DNA of 32,000 nucleotides from Clostridium cadaveris (GCF_039521325.1 NZ_BAAACD010000044.1); one strand, 5' to 3'; shown: positions 18,577-26,874, counted from the stretch's first letter. The notes: a model not told the origin generated them from the sequence alone. A program made the numbers and translations.

Positions 18577-19161
18577 ATGAAACACTTTCAAATAAATAAA
18601 AAAAGACTAGGAATAACTATAATAATAATAGGACTAATTATGATACTTTTAGGTTTTGAGTCTCTTTTTCACAAAAACATAAGAAATGCTGTATTTGTAG
18701 AGAATGACATGGGTAAGCTTCAAGAGCAGACTGTTTTAGATGGAGATGTAGCGTATTTTATGCCCAATAACTGGAAGGTAGAAGAAAAAGAATCAGAAAA
18801 AAATCATATATTGTATCACAGTGATTTTAGCTGGAATGATGATCAAATAAAGGGTTATATAGAAGTCTGGCAAAACAACATAGCATTAGATACTTTTATG
18901 ACTAGCACAAAGAATACTGCACTTAAAAATAAAGAGTATAAAAATTATGATAGCAGAAAAACCCAAATAAGCAGTATGGATGCTTATGAGGTATCGTATA
19001 TTCAGAGTGATAATGGAGAAAGCTATGATACTTATGAATACTATATGAATGGAAAAGATTATGTAGTAAAACTGATTTTCTTGACTCCAGAAAATACGAC
19101 AAATAAAAGTTACACTTCAGTATTTAAAGCTTTATCTGAGAAAATAGTAATGAAAAATTAA
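18577..19161 (+). CDS. Uncharacterised membrane-anchored protein (single N-terminal transmembrane segment, extracytoplasmic domain)
   Basis: An AGGAGG RBS precedes the start. The N-terminus reads KKRLGITIIIIGLIMILLGF. I recognise no family. Confidence 0.7.
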   Translation: MKHFQINKKRLGITIIIIGLIMILLGFESLFHKNIRNAVFVENDMGKLQEQTVLDGDVAYFMPNNWKVEEKESEKNHILYHSDFSWNDDQIKGYIEVWQNNIALDTFMTSTKNTALKNKEYKNYDSRKTQISSMDAYEVSYIQSDNGESYDTYEYYMNGKDYVVKLIFLTPENTTNKSYTSVFKALSEKIVMKN

Positions 19162-19206
19162 TTTGATTTACAATATATATAGTATTATAATTTTATTAGA
19201 CAAATA

Positions 19207-19236
19207 AAGAGAAGCCTAGGCTTCTCTTATTATTTA
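19207..19236 (+). terminator. Hairpin/terminator before lgt
   Basis: The hairpin is AGAGAAGC-ctag-GCTTCTCT followed by TATTATTT. Confidence 0.5.
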
Positions 19237-19256
19237 TATGGGATAAGGGGGAGAAT

Positions 19257-20027
19257 ATGAAACCTGTTATTTTTGAGATACTAGGAGTTGAAATTTACGG
19301 TTATGGACTTATGATAGCATTGGGGATAATTGCTGCATTAGGAATACTTTTTAAGCTTTCACGAGATAAAGGATATAATGAAGACAAAGTTTTTAATATG
19401 GCGTTAATATCTATAATATTAGGAGTCCTTGGAGGGAAAATTTTATTTATAATTACAGAATTCAAAAATATTATTAATAACCCATATATTTTAAAAGATT
19501 TTGGAGCTGGATTTGTTATATATGGAGCTATAATGGGTGGAGCGATTGGAGTATATGCATATTGCAGAAAACAAAGGTGGAATGTTCTAAAAGTATTAGA
19601 TATAGTAGTTCCAGGAGTGGCTATAGCTCAAGGTTTTGGAAGAATAGGATGTCTTTTAGCAGGATGCTGTTATGGAGCACCAACTGCATTACCATGGGGA
19701 ATAACATTTCATGAATCACCTTTTGCAGTAAATGAAGTGAGCCTTCATCCTACACAGGTATATTCAAGTTTATTTGATTTTGCATTAGGTATTTTTTTAT
19801 TATGGTCATTAAAGAAATATAAGAAGCCAGGAAAGACATTTTCATTGTATGTTATACTATATAGTATAGGAAGATTTTTGGTTGAATTTTTAAGAAATGA
19901 TCCAAGAGGAAATGTGGGAGTATTATCTACATCACAATTTATAGCTATATTTACGCTCATAATAGGAATAGTGGTTTTCAATATAGATAAACTTAAAGGG
20001 AGACGTGTTACTAATGAGGAAAAATAA
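19257..20027 (+). CDS. lgt: Phosphatidylglycerol-prolipoprotein diacylglyceryl transferase
   Basis: This is a polytopic membrane protein with GRIGCLLAGCCYG and the FLRNDPRG motif. Confidence 0.92.
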   Translation: MKPVIFEILGVEIYGYGLMIALGIIAALGILFKLSRDKGYNEDKVFNMALISIILGVLGGKILFIITEFKNIINNPYILKDFGAGFVIYGAIMGGAIGVYAYCRKQRWNVLKVLDIVVPGVAIAQGFGRIGCLLAGCCYGAPTALPWGITFHESPFAVNEVSLHPTQVYSSLFDFALGIFLLWSLKKYKKPGKTFSLYVILYSIGRFLVEFLRNDPRGNVGVLSTSQFIAIFTLIIGIVVFNIDKLKGRRVTNEEK

Positions 20028-20841
20028 ATCTATAATCCTTCTTATGATATTTATTTTGGCACTAACTTTTAGTGGATGCTCAAAGATTGACAATCTCAAG
20101 ATTAAGATGGGACTTAAAAATAATGATTTTGAGTATATATCAGAAAATAAAATTGAAAAAATAGTGATTCAAAGCACTAGAGACGAAGGATTTAGATGTG
20201 TTGTAACTGATAAAAAAACTATCAATAATATACATGATATATTATCCAGTGCTAAGGCGGTAGAAGGAAAGACAGATTTAGATTCTGACTACATATTCGA
20301 AATTTATGAATGGGGCAAAGAGCCTCATAGGTTTAACTACGTAGTAGGTGTACAGGATAAAAAAATGGGGAATTTCTATAATGATAATGAGTCATACGTT
20401 GTGTCTAAGAGAATAGATAATGACATAATAAGAAACTTATCAGTTCTTAGAAAACCTAGAGATTTCTCCGTACTTTATTATAGGATGATAATGCAGTTTT
20501 TAGATGAGAATAAGTATCTTTTTGAAAATAGCAGCAATATAGGAATAAATATAAAAGATGATATAGAAGTAGCAAAATATATATTATCTATAGATGTTGA
20601 AAATTTTAAAGATGATTTAAAAGCTGAATTTCCTAATGCGGAATTGGTTAAGGATAATAAGGAAGAATTTGATACTGTAGTTAATATAAAAACCTATGGT
20701 TACAAAGAAAAGGTATATAAATGTATCATCACTGTAAAATATAAAGGTTCCAACAAAGAGAGTAAATTTTATGCTCTATGCCAAGTAGAGGATAATTCTT
20801 GGAACATACAAATAAGTGACAAAAAGCAGGATGATTTTTAA
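20014..20841 (+). CDS. Uncharacterised lipoprotein
   Basis: The signal peptide with lipobox reads MRKNKSIILLMIFILALTFSG-C. The ATG at 20014 lies 10 nt after GGGAGA and overlaps the lgt 3' end by 14 nt. The ORF-track GTG at 20005 has no usable RBS spacing. Confidence 0.75.
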   Translation: MRKNKSIILLMIFILALTFSGCSKIDNLKIKMGLKNNDFEYISENKIEKIVIQSTRDEGFRCVVTDKKTINNIHDILSSAKAVEGKTDLDSDYIFEIYEWGKEPHRFNYVVGVQDKKMGNFYNDNESYVVSKRIDNDIIRNLSVLRKPRDFSVLYYRMIMQFLDENKYLFENSSNIGINIKDDIEVAKYILSIDVENFKDDLKAEFPNAELVKDNKEEFDTVVNIKTYGYKEKVYKCIITVKYKGSNKESKFYALCQVEDNSWNIQISDKKQDDF

Positions 20842-20862
20842 TGCTTTAGGAGGCGAATAAAA

Positions 20863-21711
20863 ATGGGAAATTGTTCAACATGTCCAAGTAGACAAAGTTG
20901 CGGATCAAAAGATTCATCAAAAAGCCAAAACTGTGGAGGAAAACAAACTCCTAAGTATGGTAAGGTATCAAATATAATAGGAGTTATAAGCGGAAAAGGT
21001 GGGGTTGGAAAGTCAACTGTAACAGGAATAATGGCTATAGAGCTTGCTAAAAAGGGCTTTAAGGTCGGTGTTCTTGATGCTGATATAACAGGTCCATCAA
21101 TGCCAAGATTCTTTGGAGTAAACGAAGAACGTGCTATGATGATGCCTACAGGAATAGGAGATGAAACAAAGTTCATTCCTGTAGAAACTGAACTTGGAAT
21201 AAAGGTTATTTCAATAAATCTTCTTACAGAAAAAGAAGAGCAGCCAGTTATATGGAGAGGACCGGTTATAAATGGTGTACTTAATCAGATGTTCATGGAA
21301 ACTGCATGGGAAGATCTAGATTATCTTCTAATAGATATGCCTCCAGGAACAGGTGATATTGCGCTTACAGTTATGCAGAGTTTTCCACTTACATCAATGG
21401 TTATAGTAGCTACACCACAGGATATGGTATCTATGATAGTTAAGAAGGTTGTAATAATGGCTGAAAAGCTTGGAGTGCCAGTTAAAGGCGTAGTTGAAAA
21501 CATGTCTTACATAAGATGTGGAAAGTGCAATGAAAAGATAAGGATCTTCTCTAAGAAGAGTGCAGAGGAACATGCAGAATATTTAGGAATTCCTCTTATA
21601 GCAGAACTTCCAATAAATCTAGATTTATCAGAAAGTTTGGAAGCTGGCAAAGCAGAAGAATATATAAAGAATAATTTAGAATACGAAAGTTTAATAAAGA
21701 GTCTTCTATAA
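20863..21711 (+). CDS. Mrp/NBP35/ApbC family Fe-S cluster carrier ATPase with a Cys-rich N-terminal extension
   Basis: The deviant Walker A motif is GKGGVGKST. There is a CxxC near the C-terminus (CGKC). The N-terminus reads MGNCSTCPSRQSCGS...NCGG. Confidence 0.88.
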   Translation: MGNCSTCPSRQSCGSKDSSKSQNCGGKQTPKYGKVSNIIGVISGKGGVGKSTVTGIMAIELAKKGFKVGVLDADITGPSMPRFFGVNEERAMMMPTGIGDETKFIPVETELGIKVISINLLTEKEEQPVIWRGPVINGVLNQMFMETAWEDLDYLLIDMPPGTGDIALTVMQSFPLTSMVIVATPQDMVSMIVKKVVIMAEKLGVPVKGVVENMSYIRCGKCNEKIRIFSKKSAEEHAEYLGIPLIAELPINLDLSESLEAGKAEEYIKNNLEYESLIKSLL

Positions 21712-21717
21712 TTAAAA

Positions 21718-21756
21718 TAAAAAATGCATCATGGGAAACTGTGATGCATTTTTTAT
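21718..21756 (+). terminator. Intrinsic terminator after the mrp-like gene
   Basis: The hairpin is ATGCATCA-10 nt-TGATGCAT followed by TTTTTT. Confidence 0.75.
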
Positions 21757-21825
21757 TTGCAGATACATAAAATCTAGATATATGAAAATAATATTAAATG
21801 TAATTTAGTTTAAGGAGGTTTTGAC

Positions 21826-22014
21826 ATGAAAGCTAATGTTGATAAGGATACATGTATAGGATGTGGACTATGTCCTTCAATATGCGGTGCTGTATTTGAA
21901 ATGGATGATGATGGAAAGGCAAAAGTCATAGTTGATGAGGTGCCAGAAGGACATGAAGATGATGCTAAGGAAGCAGAAGCAAGCTGTCCAGTTAATGCTA
22001 TATCAGTAGAATAA
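21826..22014 (+). CDS. Small single-cluster [4Fe-4S]-type ferredoxin (62 aa)
   Basis: The protein has CIGCGLC plus a distal CP (ASCPVNAI). It is acidic and has an AGGAGG RBS. Confidence 0.85.
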   Translation: MKANVDKDTCIGCGLCPSICGAVFEMDDDGKAKVIVDEVPEGHEDDAKEAEASCPVNAISVE

Positions 22015-22046
22015 CATTAAAATAGAGAGATCATAAAAATGATCTC
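22010..22046. terminator. Bidirectional terminator between the ferredoxin gene and the thiT operon
   Basis: The hairpin is AGAGAGATCAT-aaaa-ATGATCTCTCT, with A/T runs on both sides. Confidence 0.8.
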
Positions 22047-22053
22047 TCTTTTT

Positions 22054-22344
22054 TTATCTATAATGTTTTAATTTTTCATTAATAGTTAGGCCTGTATTCT
22101 TTTCATCAATTCTTATAACAGTTATGACTCTTTCTATACCCAGCTTGAAAGGTATTCTGTGAATGATTTTGATTAGATCAAAAACTTCATCATATTGACC
22201 TTCTATAGTAGTGCTCATAGCTCCTACTTCATACTTTAATCCACTACATTTTATATACTCTATAACCTCATCGACAACCTTGTACATCTCTTCTTCAGAA
22301 ACAGCAGGAATTAGAGGCATTACAGCTACATCGGCAATAACCAT
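22054..22344 (-). CDS. MTH1187/YkoF-like (UPF0045, DUF77) small protein, putative thiamine-related ligand binder
   Basis: At 96 aa it is the family-typical size, and the N-terminus (MVIADVAVMPL...EVGAMSTTIEG) is family-typical. It is co-operonic with thiT behind a TPP riboswitch. Confidence 0.75.
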   Translation of the reverse strand: MVIADVAVMPLIPAVSEEEMYKVVDEVIEYIKCSGLKYEVGAMSTTIEGQYDEVFDLIKIIHRIPFKLGIERVITVIRIDEKNTGLTINEKLKHYR

Positions 22345-22349
22345 TTCAA

Positions 22350-23012
22350 TTATACCTCCTTAATTAAAGTTGATTTTAATCTTTTTATAGGAAGCATTTT
22401 TAATATTATTATACATATAAGTCCTTCAACAGATATGAATACTCCATTAACTAAAAGGGAATAAGGAATTGGAGTCATTCCAGCATCTATGGCATAGCTT
22501 CCAAAAAAGATTACACCTGATAAGAAGTGACATAAAAATCTTCCGAATAATGCTACGACAGTTCCTTTTATATAGTTGTTTTTAAAGAAACCAACTAAGC
22601 CTAATGACATATAAGCTAAAGGATAATCCAAAAGCATTTGAACAGGTGTAAGTATAAATGGATCTAAAATAAGATTTAATAGACCAAATATAAAACCTGT
22701 AAGAAGCCCTATGGATGGTCCATAAACTATTCCCATAAACAATATTGGTACCATGCTTCCTAGAGTTACACTACCACCTTGAGGCCAGCGATAAACTCTT
22801 AGAACTTGAAGTACACATGCTAATGCAATAGCTAGTCCTATTTGAGCTATAAGTTTAGCACTAAATTTTATCTTTTTTACTTTAGCAAATACTATACATA
22901 AAACTAGTATAGCTATTAAAAGAATTACAGTTGATGGACGAGCTAACACATAAAAAAAGCTTTCTTTAAGGTTTCCTAACTGTCCGACAAATTTGTTGAT
23001 ACTTTCTAACAT
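22350..23012 (-). CDS. thiT: Thiamine transporter ThiT (ECF S-component, YuaJ family)
   Basis: Blocks match Lactococcus ThiT (DYPLAYMSLGLVGFF, CHFLSGVIFFGSYA, YSLLVNGV). A TPP riboswitch lies upstream. Confidence 0.85.
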   Translation of the reverse strand: MLESINKFVGQLGNLKESFFYVLARPSTVILLIAILVLCIVFAKVKKIKFSAKLIAQIGLAIALACVLQVLRVYRWPQGGSVTLGSMVPILFMGIVYGPSIGLLTGFIFGLLNLILDPFILTPVQMLLDYPLAYMSLGLVGFFKNNYIKGTVVALFGRFLCHFLSGVIFFGSYAIDAGMTPIPYSLLVNGVFISVEGLICIIILKMLPIKRLKSTLIKEV

Positions 23013-23043
23013 TAATATTAACCTCCTATTTTAGCTAGGACGT

Positions 23044-23084
23044 AGAAATAAAAAGAACTTCATTCTCTAGGAATGAAGTTCTTT
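23044..23084 (-). terminator. Terminator forming the TPP riboswitch expression platform
   Basis: In minus-strand sense the hairpin is AAAGAACTTCATTC-ctaga-GAATGAAGTTCTTT followed by TTATTTC. Confidence 0.75.
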
Positions 23085-23104
23085 ATAATTAGTAAACTAA
23101 CTAC

Positions 23105-23200
23105 AAGTCACTTTGCTTTCCTACGCTGGCATTATCCAGTTCAGGTACGAGGGTCAATGATGAACTCATCTCTCAGCCTAAAGGCACCCCTAGCTCTTTA
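23105..23200 (-). promoter_or_regulatory. TPP (THI-box) riboswitch aptamer
   Basis: In minus-strand sense the sequence reads CTAGGGGTGCCTTTAGGCTGAGAGATGAG...ACCCTCGTACCTGAACTGGATAATGCCAGCGTAGGAAAG. This matches the conserved THI element core. Confidence 0.92.
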
Positions 23201-23218
23201 TATTTTATTTATAAATTT

Positions 23219-23247
23219 ATAATATACGTATAGTTACAAAAAGTCAA
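23219..23247 (-). promoter_or_regulatory. Sigma-A-like promoter of the thiT operon (TTGACT-17-TATTAT)
   Basis: Hexamers are read on the minus strand. The promoter begins 9 nt after the padR stop codon. Confidence 0.6.
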
Positions 23248-23255
23248 TTATTGGA

Positions 23256-23696
23256 TTAGAGGTAAAGATCATTGTAGACAACTTTAAACACTTCTAAAGC
23301 TTCTTCTATTTTATTTTTGAGAAGCTTTTTCTTCTTTAAATACTCAGCTTCACCTTCATCCGTAAGAGTGTAAATTTTTTGGAATTTTTTCTTTGGGTCG
23401 TCCCATTCACCTTTCACTAAATCATTTTTCTCTAGTTTTTTTAAAATAGGATATATACCTCCTGTACTAGGAATCCATAAACCGTTAGTATGACTTCCTA
23501 TTTGATGAGCTATCTCATTACCATTGGATGGTCCTAAACTTAATATATATAGAACATACAATGGAAGAAGACCCTTAGTAAAAACTTGACCTACAGCTTC
23601 ATTTTCTTTTTTTACTTTTTTTAGTTCAGCAAGCTTTTTTTTGTATTCTTCATACAGCTTCTCTTCTTCGGACTTAATGTTTTTATTATCTATCAT
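23256..23696 (-). CDS. PadR family transcriptional regulator with a charged N-terminal extension
   Basis: The winged-helix core reads LYILSLGPSNGNEIAHQI...GGIYPILKKLEKNDLVKGEW...KIYTLTDEGE. Confidence 0.85.
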   Translation of the reverse strand: MIDNKNIKSEEEKLYEEYKKKLAELKKVKKENEAVGQVFTKGLLPLYVLYILSLGPSNGNEIAHQIGSHTNGLWIPSTGGIYPILKKLEKNDLVKGEWDDPKKKFQKIYTLTDEGEAEYLKKKKLLKNKIEEALEVFKVVYNDLYL

Positions 23697-23698
23697 AA

Positions 23699-24544
23699 TT
23701 AATAACTTTCAGCTATAGCAACTCCAACTAAACCAGCTCCAGTATGAACACCAGCAGTAGGGCTTATGTCGGAGAAGTAAGTTCCTTTTAAATTTGGATC
23801 ATCTTTTATTTGAGAATACACAAACTTTGCTTGATCTTCAGCACCACCATGCATAACACATACAAAACAAGGACCTTTAGCAAGTGATTCTTTAGCAATT
23901 GATATAAGCTTGTTTAAGCCTTGTTTTTTGCCGCGAGCTTTGCTATAGATATAATAAACTCCATCTTCATTAACAGAAATTATGGGCTTTATATTTAGAA
24001 GCTCTCCTAAAGTTCCGGCAACTTTTCCTATTCGACCTCCAGCTTTTAAATAAACTAAAGTGTCTATTACGAAAAACATTGATGTATGAGACTGATATAT
24101 AGGAAGTTCTTTTACAATAGTATCAAAGTCAAATCCTTTTTCTATCATTTCAGCACATTTAAGAACTGTAAGACCAGTTCCTATTGATAGAGTTCTTGAG
24201 TCAAATACATGAATTTTTAGTTTAGGATGATTTTCTGCAACTAAATTTATTGCATTAAAAGTTCCAGACAGTCCACTAGATATAGATATAACAATAGCAT
24301 GAGTGAAGCCTTCTTTTTCCACTTCACTAAATGTATCGTCTATTGTCTGTAAATCTGGAAGAGATGTTGTTGGGATCTCTTCTGGCAACCTAGAATATAC
24401 TTCAGATGGCTCTATGCTTATTCTATCTAGATATTCTTCGTTTTTATATATTATTTTAAATGGTAACATTTTTATATTATATTTTGAGTAAGTTTCGGAT
24501 TTTAAGTCGCTAGTGCTATCACATATTAAAGCAATTTTATCCAT
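23699..24544 (-). CDS. DegV family fatty-acid-binding protein
   Basis: The N-terminal IALICDSTSDL and the family length and pattern are present. An AGGAGG RBS precedes the start. Confidence 0.88.
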   Translation of the reverse strand: MDKIALICDSTSDLKSETYSKYNIKMLPFKIIYKNEEYLDRISIEPSEVYSRLPEEIPTTSLPDLQTIDDTFSEVEKEGFTHAIVISISSGLSGTFNAINLVAENHPKLKIHVFDSRTLSIGTGLTVLKCAEMIEKGFDFDTIVKELPIYQSHTSMFFVIDTLVYLKAGGRIGKVAGTLGELLNIKPIISVNEDGVYYIYSKARGKKQGLNKLISIAKESLAKGPCFVCVMHGGAEDQAKFVYSQIKDDPNLKGTYFSDISPTAGVHTGAGLVGVAIAESY

Positions 24545-24579
24545 AGATTTAAAATTCCTCCTATATTTAATATAAGATA

Positions 24580-24607
24580 ATTATATCACAATTGATAACT
24601 ATATCAA
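24580..24607 (-). promoter_or_regulatory. Candidate sigma-A promoter of degV-padR (TTGATA-16-TGaTATAAT) embedded in a palindrome
   Basis: Hexamers are read on the minus strand. The predicted start site is about 30 nt upstream of the degV ATG. Confidence 0.6.
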
Positions 24608-24619
24608 TAGTGATATAGT
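24592..24619 (+). promoter_or_regulatory. Mirror-image candidate promoter facing mgtC (TTGATA-16-TGaTATAGT)
   Basis: Hexamers are read on the plus strand. This promoter overlaps the degV promoter. A second extended -10 (TGaTATAAT, 24685-24693) also faces mgtC. Confidence 0.45.
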
Positions 24620-24840
24620 TGTGAAATTATATTTCAATTTAATTTAACAACTAAGTTATTTTTAATAACTGATTATAAAAAATATGATATAATATTATTA
24701 TAAGGAAAGACAATAAAATAAAGTGTTGTGGTAAAATATGTTATAAGAAAAAGCAAAACAATATTTGGGAGAGTGAAATTAAATTTCAAAAAATGGTCTA
24801 AAAATTGAATGAAAATTCTAATTAGAGTGGAGGATAAGTT

Positions 24841-25554
24841 GTGTTAACTTATGAAATTATAGCTAGATTAATTATGGCGGTAATAATCGGAGGAGTAATC
24901 GGATATGAACGTCAGAACAAAAATAGACCAGCAGGCTTTAGAACTCATATTTTAGTATGTTTAGGAGCCACTGTTATATCGCTTATTCAATGTTTTAATG
25001 TAAATGATGCAATTAGAATGATACAGGCAGATCCAGCTTTGGCTAATGTAGTAAAGGTGGACATGCAAAGGCTTGGGGCTCAAGTTATATCAGGAATAGG
25101 TTTTTTAGGAGCAGGTACTATAATACACGAAAAAGGATCTATAAAGGGACTTACAACAGCTGCATCATTATGGGTAGTTGCATGTATAGGACTTGGCATA
25201 GGAATGGGATACTATTTCTTAGCTGGAGCATCTACTATAACCGCTGTTTTGGTATTGGGAATATTAAAGAAATTTGAAAAAAAATATATGATGACTTACA
25301 ATGAATTAACTCTTCAAATTGAGCATTTAAATGATAAAGTAGTTTATCACGATATATCTCAATTTTTTAACAACAAAAATATAAAGATTTTAAGAGTTGA
25401 TTTTTCTATAAATGAAGAAGATGATGATGCTAGGTATACTGAAAGTGAGTACACTATAAGACTGAATAAAGGGCTTAGCCCATCTAAACTTGCTGAAGAA
25501 TTAGTATCAGCAGATGTAGGGGTAAAAAGAATTGTTAGATGTGAATATGCATAA
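24841..25554 (+). CDS. mgtC: MgtC/SapB family membrane protein with C-terminal ACT-like domain, GTG start
   Basis: The N-terminus has GGVIGYERQNKNRPAGFRTHILVCLGA. GGAGGA lies 6 nt upstream of the GTG. Confidence 0.88.
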   Translation: MLTYEIIARLIMAVIIGGVIGYERQNKNRPAGFRTHILVCLGATVISLIQCFNVNDAIRMIQADPALANVVKVDMQRLGAQVISGIGFLGAGTIIHEKGSIKGLTTAASLWVVACIGLGIGMGYYFLAGASTITAVLVLGILKKFEKKYMMTYNELTLQIEHLNDKVVYHDISQFFNNKNIKILRVDFSINEEDDDARYTESEYTIRLNKGLSPSKLAEELVSADVGVKRIVRCEYA

Positions 25555-25592
25555 ACCTATGTACGGGTTTATGTTGTAAATATAAAATAAAT

Positions 25593-25626
25593 GGGTGTTG
25601 AATGAGAACATACAACACCCTATTTT
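25593..25626. terminator. Bidirectional terminator between mgtC and the DUF3048 gene
   Basis: The hairpin is GGGTGTTGAATG-agaa-CATACAACACCC (one mismatch), flanked by A/T runs. Confidence 0.75.
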
Positions 25627-25630
25627 TATA

Positions 25631-26656
25631 TTAATTTTTAGCTATTTTAGTAGAAGAGTCTATTATGTTCCATATAGTATTGCCGGGATTTAAAGGGATC
25701 GTATTACCATTGTCATCCTTTAAGACTGTAGAATCCTTTTCTTTGTACCATTTTGCAGATTTAATTTTTCCATTTGATAAAACAAAGCCGTTTCCAGAAC
25801 CATTTAGATCAATATCTACGTGTTTACCATCCTTATTTAAGGTTATTTTAGTAAGTTGAATTACCACGTTCTTAAAACCTATAGGGGATCCAGTCTCTCT
25901 ATCAATTGCAGCTTCATCATCCATGACTTTATAATATTTTCCGTTATTAAAGGTGTATGAGGTTTTATAGTATCGATTTATTGGAAGTTCTATATAGTTA
26001 CATTCTTCTAAAGAATCTTTTGACCAGTAATCTTTATCGAATTTTAAATTACAAGTTGGAATATTAGAAAAACTTTTTTTATTTATTGTACTTGTAATTT
26101 TTGATGATGATGTATAAAGATTATGAGGAGCTTTGCGCACAGAGTCTCTCCAATAAGAGCTGCTGTTAGCCATTTCATCCATAGACATAAGATTTTCTGA
26201 CTTGACACAGGCTAATGCCTCATCGCTACCGCCACAGTGAGCAAATGGAAGGTTGTATTCTTCTGATATATCTATGAAATACGGTCTAAGACTTCTTACA
26301 GGACCAATAACTTTTGCATCATTCTTTTGAAAAAGAGCAATAAATCTAGAAATACCTCCTTCTGCCATAGTCTCATAAACTATATCGGCATCATTTAAGC
26401 CACTTTGAGGACGTGAAGCTTTAGAATTTTCTATGACAACCATAAACGGAGTTTGATTTTTGACGGTAGAACTTATTTCTTCACCAGTAAATAGGCTTTT
26501 GACTGATGACGAAGGATTTCTTTCATTATGTAACATTGCAGAAGTTTCTGCAGTAGCTTCCTTAGTATTAGATGGTTCTTTTTTTTCAGCCAATGAACAA
26601 CCGAATAAATTTATTGAAATGCCTAAGGTTAATGCTAAAATTAAAGTTTTATTCAT
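25631..26656 (-). CDS. DUF3048 (YerB-like) lipoprotein
   Basis: The signal peptide with lipobox reads LGISINLFG-C. The family-typical block is RPQSGLNDADIVYETMAEGGISRFIALF. Confidence 0.8.
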   Translation of the reverse strand: MNKTLILALTLGISINLFGCSLAEKKEPSNTKEATAETSAMLHNERNPSSSVKSLFTGEEISSTVKNQTPFMVVIENSKASRPQSGLNDADIVYETMAEGGISRFIALFQKNDAKVIGPVRSLRPYFIDISEEYNLPFAHCGGSDEALACVKSENLMSMDEMANSSSYWRDSVRKAPHNLYTSSSKITSTINKKSFSNIPTCNLKFDKDYWSKDSLEECNYIELPINRYYKTSYTFNNGKYYKVMDDEAAIDRETGSPIGFKNVVIQLTKITLNKDGKHVDIDLNGSGNGFVLSNGKIKSAKWYKEKDSTVLKDDNGNTIPLNPGNTIWNIIDSSTKIAKN

Positions 26657-26834
26657 ATTAAAAACCTCCCTTAAATTTATGATATATTTAGTATTTATAT
26701 GAAAGATGAGTTTGATTTATGAATAGGTGAGAAAACTTTGTATTGTCAACAGGAGGTAATGTGCAAGAAATCTATGTAGAGAAAGCTACAGACGATTAAA
26801 GAGAGAATTTCAAAAAAAAATATGTTTATATGAA

Positions 26835-26863
26835 TTGCTATGAGAAAGTATGTTTAGTATAAT
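26835..26863 (+). promoter_or_regulatory. Candidate sigma-A promoter of nrdD (TTGCTA-17-TATAAT)
   Basis: Hexamers are read directly. Confidence 0.55.
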
Positions 26864-26874
26864 GTATCAAGTTG

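Noticed and set aside
24620-24840. Possible M-box (Mg2+) riboswitch in the long mgtC leader
   Set aside because: I found none of the conserved G/C-rich M-box core segments. The region is almost pure A/T with no extended helices.
24809-24847. 12-codon ORF overlapping the mgtC RBS and start, considered by analogy with enterobacterial mgtC leader peptides
   Set aside because: It has no RBS and no Pro/Arg-rich sensing codons, and I see no alternative hairpins.
26751-26799. AGGAGG followed by a GTG-initiated 12-codon ORF in the DUF3048/nrdD intergenic region
   Set aside because: The RBS-start spacing is too short (4 nt to the GTG, 2 nt to an ATG that gives 6 codons). It lies upstream of the predicted nrdD promoter, and no coupled RNA structure is visible.
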